DNA of 64,000 nucleotides from Mytilus californianus (Eukaryota): NCBI RefSeq assembly GCF_021869535.1, contig NW_026262637.1, positions 7,254,001 to 7,318,000 of the forward strand, read 5' to 3'. Shown piece by piece: positions 34,925 to 64,000 of this stretch (position 1 is its first letter; each line of letters starts with the position of its first letter). The notes under the pieces were generated by a model. It saw only the letters and a program-made list of their open reading frames with translations, ran no database searches and was not told where the DNA came from. The position numbers and the translations under genes were made by a program.

Positions 34925-37900
34925 CATCTTGGTGTAAATATGAAAACAGAATGAGATATATTCCCTGTTTTTCTAATATACAATTATCTCTCATCAGCAG
35001 CAGTGAAATTATAATCTCTTACCGACCAGTATCTAGTCCGTATGAATTTTAATTATACAAGTCCCTTTCTCTAGGGGCAATCAGTGTGACCTGACCTAAA
35101 TAATAATAGTATTATAGCAGTTTTCATTAAACATATAAGTTTTCAAAGAGATTATTTGAAGATAAAGAGGATATCAACTTGAAATGGACTTGTAGCACAT
35201 CTAAGAGTGTAGGTGTCCTTGTGTTTCCCAATAACATGTTATAATGTACTTATATGTACAAATAGAAATGTCAGTGAAAGGTGAATGTGTTAGATATATT
35301 ATTATATATCATATATCATCATTTTATAAATAATACAGTTTCTCTCACAAGTGTTTTATTAGATATATGATTAAATGATTGAACGTGTTGAATGAACTAA
35401 AACGAGGTCACTATGTTGACAGTAACTGATCAAACATGTAAAAACTGGTATCGTTAGCGATCAGAAATTTGGAATAATGGAAAATAAAAATTAAATATAT
35501 CAGTTTTTCGTATTTTTTCCCTTCTTTATATCTTTATATTCCATATCTTGTATTTTCCCAAATACGTTCCGAGTGAGTTTTACTTTTTCATCGTGCACAC
35601 ATTTAACAAGATTAAATGCACATCATCATCCGGTAGTCAATAGCTCAGATTTAGCTAAACGTTACCACGTACAGTATCCCTGTTGCTAGTATAGTTATAT
35701 AGGTATATGATATTCTTATTGGTTTATATACATTGTTGTTCATTTCTGTGTCATTTGGTCTCTTGTAGAGAGTTGTCTTATTGGCCATTATTCCACATCT
35801 TCTTATTTTTACATGGAACAAAAAATAGATTTTGCACTTTTATATTGCACTTGAAATCTGGTCTGAGACACACTGACCTCGCTGTTCATAATGCGTTTAG
35901 TTCAATTGCAATAAAACCTGGTTTTTACGATGCATTCCATGTTACACTATTGAAACCTTCGAATTAATAATCCATGTCCATTGGAATAATGGCCTTCGTT
36001 TCCTTCAAACTATTGCTTTCTTGACAAGTAAGAGAGACATTAAAGTGTAAATAAGGTCTTTCAAATGCTCATTTGTAATGACCTTCCATTAGCTCCAACC
36101 ATCTTAAACTCGCTGTCAAAATAAAAAGAAATAGTGACCTCCCATGAAAGACGAATGGCTGATATTGCCTGTATTTGCTTCACTTTCAGGATTAAAGTCA
36201 GTAAGTTAAAGATACCAGTGGCATTTAAAAAAAATTTAAAGTCTAAATGGCGTACTTACAAGGATGTTCTACAATATTAATTATATCCTTACCTTCGAAA
36301 TGTTATGCACAGCAATACATTCCTGCTAAAGACTACTTTGACACAAATTGAAAAGTGGACATGTGAAAATGTGTGCATAGCATGAGATCCGACACCAATA
36401 AGATGTACTAGTATATGATATATAATATAAGAGATTGACTTCCAGTAGAACTTTGTTTATGCTTCGATTGTCCTTTATTATAAGAGTTTTTGGATAAATA
36501 TTCAAAAACATATGTAAGCTTAAAATCTATCATCATTGAAATTAAAGCCATGTTTTTTTAGGTAATTTATAAATTAGAATAATGGTCAGAATTACGACAT
36601 AATATTGTAAAATAGTATGTGTAACTTATGAAGCAGTGATTGCAGAAAAGATTGAAAGACGTTCTTGATATGAAATGGTGTTGGTTGATGTGTACGTTTT
36701 TTTTTCTATCCTGATTAAGTGCTGAATTTCATTTTGTGTTTTTTCAATATTGGATATGGTCAACAAATAATCACCACGGCTTAGAGATAGGAAGTGGCAT
36801 TTTTGCCAATGAAACAACTATAACCTGTAAGGTGGTTTCAGTGGGGTTCAATCTGTAGTTTTCGGTATTTTGTTTTGTGAAACGTTTATCTCTTTTTCTT
36901 TTTGCCATGTTATATTTTTTACTAATGATTTCTGATTGCCCCATGCTACCTTCCCTTTGTAAACTTTACAATATTGAAGTTCTAACCTATTCAAGCCTAT
37001 ATGAGTATAATAAACAAGAAAAGATCCCAGCTATATTAGATTATTTCAAAGTAAAACTGTATTTCATCTTTTTGAAGTGGAAACGTAATGATTAATTACC
37101 ACCATATGTCTGAAGAAATCCAGGTGTAATCAATAAAATACATAACTAACTGGAGAAATATTCCTACAAATTAAGTCATTAGATTTTTATCAATAGTATG
37201 TCATTAAGTAACATGGCAACTTCAAAATTGAGGTCCATAAGAGCCTTAATCACTCATCAGGCAAAATGTCGAAATTTACAAAATGTATTGTCACTTTTTC
37301 AAATTAAAAATTAATTTCCCTGAAACAAATTACTCATTTTCAAATATACAGCTTTTAACCTTATGTCATAGAAATATGATAGTACATGTAATTAATATTT
37401 TGCGTTTCAAGATAGTTAATTCTTCCTTCAAAATCCATCAACCAGCAAAGAAACCATAAAAACATAAAACAAGACTATGAGTCCATAGGACACCATGCCC
37501 TGCTCACATAACATTTCTGGAAAATCTGGGTCAACGCTCTCATTTGTTGTATACATTGTAAAAAGTTCACATCAGAATTAACATGATTACTAAGTTTCTA
37601 GTTGATATGACTACAACTTCGGGGTAATTAAAACTACCTTAAATCAAACACAACAAAAGGATAAACGGACTTACAGAACAAAGCACTCCAAGATCGAAAA
37701 ACAAAACGTCCATCACTATATATTGTAGATTGGGCATAAAAACACATCATATTGAACTGTGTATAAACAAAAACTGACAAAGGAATGCATGGTTAAAACA
37801 GATGGCTACATGCCAGGTTGAACCTGACAACGTAACCCAAACAGAATAAAGGTATAAGTTATATTTACATCACAAATCACAAAAACTTGGCAAAAGAAAT

Positions 37901-38362
37901 AAAAGACATGCACCTATTATGGATTTTACATTTACAGACAAAATCTACTGAAACAGTAGGTGGATGACAAATAAATAACTGTCGGATAGAAATCAGATGA
38001 ATGAAAGTTAAGTAGCAGAAAAATGACCAAGTGGACTATGACAACAGGAAAACACATTTGTATATTTATTTACAAAGACAATTACAAAATATAATTAAAA
38101 TATAGTCACATTTTAACAAACAATTACACTGAAATATGAAACAATAACTGCTAAGTACTAAATTAATTAAAATAAAAAGTTGTTGAACATGAGTTTATCA
38201 GAAGGAGAATATGATCATTATCTTCCACAGCTGAAATGCTTAAAGTCTACAACCTCAAAATATTTCCCTTCTTTGCTCTTCCATTTCGTATATATAATAT
38301 GGTTACTTTATACTTCTGTTTTTCTAAATATAATTTAATCCAAACTTATCGTAAAGATAATT
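34925..38362. repeat. Tandem segmental duplication, copy B (uninterrupted, ~3.4 kb)
   Basis: Colinear with copy A. Contains the empty sites tacagtttctctcacaag and ttattggtttatatacattg...atttctgtgtc. Confidence 0.9.
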
Positions 38363-41300
38363 TCATGAATGTCACTTCTTTTATAAAAGATTAACTCTTA
38401 ACTTTTGGCAAGAACAATTTTAAAATAAGTAAGATAATTATATCTAACTGGAGCCATATTATATATTCAGAAAAGCTAAATTGTTAGTTGAAATGCAATG
38501 CCATTTCAAGTTTTATATAACATTTTGTATAAAAACAAGATTATTACATATATATGTTATCAGTTGTGGTCTATTACAAAACAATTACAACTCTAAATGC
38601 ATACTATAAAAATATCTTTGTAAAAATATGAAATGTGTGTATAAGACACAAAAATAAATAAAACAATGCCCTCAAACAATACTGTTTACAGCATTCACTC
38701 TCAAATCCAGACAATCTCAAAAATACATATTGAACTTTTTTATATTATACCCACAATTCTAAAAATCTATTTTATTATTTATCAAACTGAACCAGGTATC
38801 TTCTATCGTTGACATCAATCCTCAACAAAGGAAAACTTTTTACACCTTGTTTTAAGATAATGTCCCCTCTAAGGACTACAGTGCTTTTAAAGTAAAAGCA
38901 ATTTTTTGTTTCTAAATCAGATCTTTGATAAAAAAATTGGCAAAAGTTTCATCAGATAATTACTTTATAAACATTCGCATAACAACGTCTGTATAGTTTA
39001 TCCAAATACAGAAAATGTACAAAATAAATGCTTCAATTCATACAAAGTTTTTACTATATTACTTACAATTCATTTTAATAAATTCAACCATATTTGATAT
39101 ATCATAAAACATTTCCAACTTTAATCATCATCATAAATATCTTTGTAAATACCTGTAAACTTCTACACAACCAGATGGGAAAATTATACTTTTCTTTTCC
39201 ATATAACGAAATATCAATAATGGAATGTGAAGAAAATACATAATTATATTTAAATGGCATAATTCTATGAGAGTTAATCTAAGTATTTATTAAAAATATG
39301 ATAACTATGATGTTTAACCAAATCCAAAAATAATTATAAACAACTGAAAAATTTGACACACAGCAATCAATACATTTATCATTTATTCAAAATTGTCATC
39401 GGAAATTGCAAATGAATAATAATCCAATTACATTTTGAATGACAACCATCTGTTCATCTTCAGTGATGAATAAAGAGATGTAGGATATACCTCAAAGAGA
39501 CTGCACAAATACTTGGAGTTTTGTCTAGTATAGATTTCTACTACATATCTTTTCTTTTCATTACTATTGTTTTCTTTTTTTCTATAATCATATTTTTAAA
39601 GAGTATAAAAAATGTCTAAAATTGTTGTGTAATCATGTAAAACCCCTAAAACACCAGACTTTTGATTATCAAATAAAAAATGGTGGGCCTTTAAACCTTC
39701 TTACTGGAATGTGTAACACATAATCATTTCTATTATAACAGACCATGGTTTTTTTATATTTGACTTAGAATATGATAAATTCAAAAAGGGTCTATATTCT
39801 TATTCTTCCAAAAATACACGTATATATATGTTATATTTTATTTTCAAAACTAATACAACCAAACTTAAAAGCACGTAAAACATCCTAACTACACAAAAAT
39901 GCTATTGCACTGGTGCAGAAAAATATACACAAACAAGATACAATAATGACTAAATAGTAAAATAAACACATGTACTAGTTAAATGTTTGGCAAAAATAAA
40001 CTGAGTGGTAATGACAGCAAAAATCTGCAACAATATTGCATCTACTTATAATGTACATTAACTGACTAGTATTCATACATAAAGTATTAAAGTCTATGTG
40101 TGTTGTAATATTTTTTCAATAAATGATGAAAATAAGTTTTTAGATTATGTGTGTACAAAGCACTTTTCTAGGTGAACCTTCATCGGGAATGCTAAAACCC
40201 AAAACTTTGAAAGCCAGTGAGATATAAGTACTTGAATATGTCAGGATCTTAGTAACAAAAATGGACCAAACACAAGAATAGTCAAATTCATCTAAAGTCA
40301 ACTTTGCCTAGGGAGGTTAATAAGTATTTCAGCCTTTCTTTCTTTGCTACATATATATCTGTGCATATTAGGCTATGCAGAAATATAGGAGTTACTGTGC
40401 ATTTACAAATGCTAAGCCTAGAAAAGATCCCTCAATGAAGGGTTAAAAAAGCAGAAAACTGGAGAACTCATAATGTAAAATAAGCACTTATTGAAAGACC
40501 TTCTGAACTTACAACTCTTGTCCTATCTATTGTAAAGTTGTCTTGCTTCGGACTATAAATAAAGAATTTGTAAAAGTTAAAAGGCACTTATGCTGTTTTA
40601 CTTTCACTACAATATACTGCGCATCAACAGAAATATGTAATTACAAATCGTTATTTACAAATGTATATCTGTTCTATAAAAGATTAAAATAATAATCAAT
40701 CCATTCAACGATATATAGAAATAATATCATCAATATAGCACCTTCTTAAAACGTTGTACAGATCTCTATAAATTTTGTTCAATATACAAATCCCCTTATC
40801 TTAATATTAAAAATATAATATCTTGTAAGTTTGGTGTAAGATAGTATTTTTCTAGATCATTTCTATATTTATAATCTATAGAATTATATATTCTCTAGAT
40901 TCATAGACATCAATTGAATACAATTTTATCAAAATTTTCTTTACAAAAAGGCACAGGCTATGAATCAAATTAAAAAAAAACCATATCATTATGAAAAAGA
41001 ATACAAAATAATCTGAATATTCTGGATTTTAAATTTAACCAAAATTCTGTGATTTTGTTCATATTTAGTTTGATAATGATGTTATGACAAAGGCTTATCA
41101 ATGTTTGAGCACCAAGATAATTGTGATAGGTTCCTTATCAGGTTTTTTTTTTAGTATATGAAAAATTTTTTCAAAATGGTGGTTACAATAAAATCACTTT
41201 TGTATAATAACTAACATGATTTGAACATGAATTGACTGTCAAAATTTAACAAGAACAGAACATAATATAATGACCATATTTTTACTTGGAACAGTATTTG

Positions 41301-42163
41301 TTTTATAATTTTCTCTTTGTTATAATATTTTTCAATATTTAACACAATATTTTAGTACAAAATATTTCATTGCAATTTTAACTTCTAACCTATTTACAAA
41401 ACTATCCTTCTAACAGGGACTATGAACTGCACATGACTCCATGCAATAACAATTTTCGTTGCACAAGATAAAAACATTCATCAAATTCAACAATCACAGC
41501 CAAGAATTTACAAATATTTTCAATAACACATTTTAATCAAATGAAAAAATGTTTAAGTAGCTTGCCATCTAACTGAAGGTTTGTTCCCATGTTAAACTTT
41601 TCAAGAAGCCATTAGCCTAAATTCACAATAAGACGATGGTCTGAAAGTAGAGATTATTTTCATAATATCCTGAATTGAGCAAAGTCATAAAACCATCCTG
41701 CGTTTATGACATGATCTGTGTATCTATTTTATACATTTATCTTCAGTAAGTTTATATTTATAATTCATTTGTGAAAAAATAAAATTTCCACAGCTTTATA
41801 AATACATTTTATATGCATGGTAATGACAAGATTTAGACTTGAAGACAATGAGTGGCCTAAATATTTTTTTCAAAACAGCAGATACAGACTAGTTAGTTTA
41901 ACAGGTCAAATATTCAATACAGAAATTACAGATCTCTAGAATGTATCCACTGCAAAATCTATTCATGAGAATCTAGGATAAATTCTTGCATATAAATATC
42001 TTCTTCCAAACCTTCAGTATTTGAATAAAAAATGAATGGAACTCTTCCTCTACTATAATGAGCTCCACAGATAGTTGTTAAGGTGACAACATATAATTCA
42101 AAGTCACTACTGTTGAAAACAGATCCATTACATACAGGAATCATCTCGTGTATATATCACTGA

Positions 42164-62902
<20,739 letters not shown>

Positions 62903-63139
62903 CTGTAATTATAATATTAATAAATAAATAGTATATTTAATCGATCAGTGCCTTAACTGGCAAGTTGATTTCTGACAAGGGTATGATTGCATTACAATAA
63001 CTCAGCATGCCTTGACTTTTAAGTTCATTTATCTTTGGAAAATCTAGATAAAAGCAAACATATACTTTCAACATATGTCTTGGACGCATTGCAATATAGT
63101 TTTGGCTGAAGTTCCTTTTTTAAATATTCTATACATTAT

Positions 63140-63400
63140 AAAAATAAGGAGATGTGTTATGATTGCCAATGAGACAACTATCCACCATAGTTCAAATGAA
63201 GTGGATATAAGCAATTATAGCTATAGGCAACAGTATGGCCTTCAACAATGAGAAAAACCCATACTGTATAGTCGACTATAAAAGGTCCCGACATGAAAAA
63301 TATGAAACGATTCAATTGAGAAAACTAGCAGCCTAATTTATAACAAAACAATTAAAGAAAAAACATATATGACAGACATGAACCAACGACAACCTTTTAT
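63140..63400 (+). repeat. Dispersed repeat family B
   Basis: Reverse complement of about 8930-9175. Confidence 0.8.
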
Positions 63401-63610
63401 GGATATGTATAAATAATTGTCTAATTTACATATATTGTATATTAAATTTGTTTTCATAACTATTTTCATGTTCTATTATTTTTATTTTAAAGTCTTGTTC
63501 ATTGTAAAGTTTTAACATGTAAATAAAAAAAAGTGTTGTTTTGAGAAATCTAACTTGCTGACTAACACTATATTTTTAGATAGTTATTTCACCACAGAAA
63601 CATTGCCTTG

Positions 63611-63990
63611 TATAAATAGAGAATATCATATGGCTTTTTCAATATCACATCTGTATCAACCCGAGACATCAATATAATCCCAAGAGCTCTGCTCGAGGGA
63701 TTATATTGGTTGAGGGTTGATACGGTGTGTGATATTGAAAAAGCCATATCATATACACTTTATTATATACCTCAAGTAGATGTTTTTCACATGACATGAC
63801 GTAATACAGATTAGGGGTTTGATAAATCCTTTGTAACAGTGACTGATATTGATGGAGTGACGTCATACAGATCAAAGGTGTGATAAAGCCTTTGCAACAG
63901 TGACTGATATCGATATCATCACGGATGGCTGATACAGCACGATTGCCGTTGACCGTATTACACATACAATTCATCTGTATTTACTACTAA
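63611..63990. mobile_element. Third hairpin + TGACGTCA-type element
   Basis: Near-palindrome at 63628-63749 followed by tgacgtaat and gtgacgtcata motifs. Confidence 0.55.
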
Positions 63991-64000
63991 GTATATAATA

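Noticed and set aside
63669-63974. 101-aa minus ORF
   Set aside because: Lies within a palindromic non-coding repeat element.

Overview
AT-rich animal genomic DNA, probably a bivalve. The repeat families resemble those I associate with Mytilus; this is an inference, not a database result. There are two host genes. (1) The 3' part of a minus-strand R3-subtype receptor protein tyrosine phosphatase (Ptp10D/PTPRB-like). I traced 19 GT-AG exons between 62902 and 42164. They join in one frame of about 1100 codons: six FN3 repeats, a juxtamembrane domain, a TM helix and one intact PTP domain. The gene continues beyond the window. (2) A plus-strand terminal exon at 15675-15846 encoding an 8-Cys knottin (agatoxin-like peptide framework, C-terminal Trp-Gly amidation signal); its upstream exons are unresolved. 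Four PTP introns carry minisatellites that start at or across a splice junction. One 65-bp array reiterates an acceptor + in-frame 21-nt segment + GTAAGA donor 12 times, and one 34-bp array reiterates a donor 15 times. The middle of the window holds a very young, 5'-truncated Penelope-like retroelement (RT + GIY-YIG) with a 477-bp inverted pseudo-LTR and a variant hammerhead ribozyme. Next to it are a canonical hammerhead and a circularly permuted repeat unit. All of these sit in one copy of a ~3.4-kb tandem segmental duplication whose second copy preserves the empty site. The rest is a 31-bp satellite interrupted by a CR1-type LINE fragment, MITEs, Helentron-type and hairpin elements, a SINE fragment and decayed PLE fragments.
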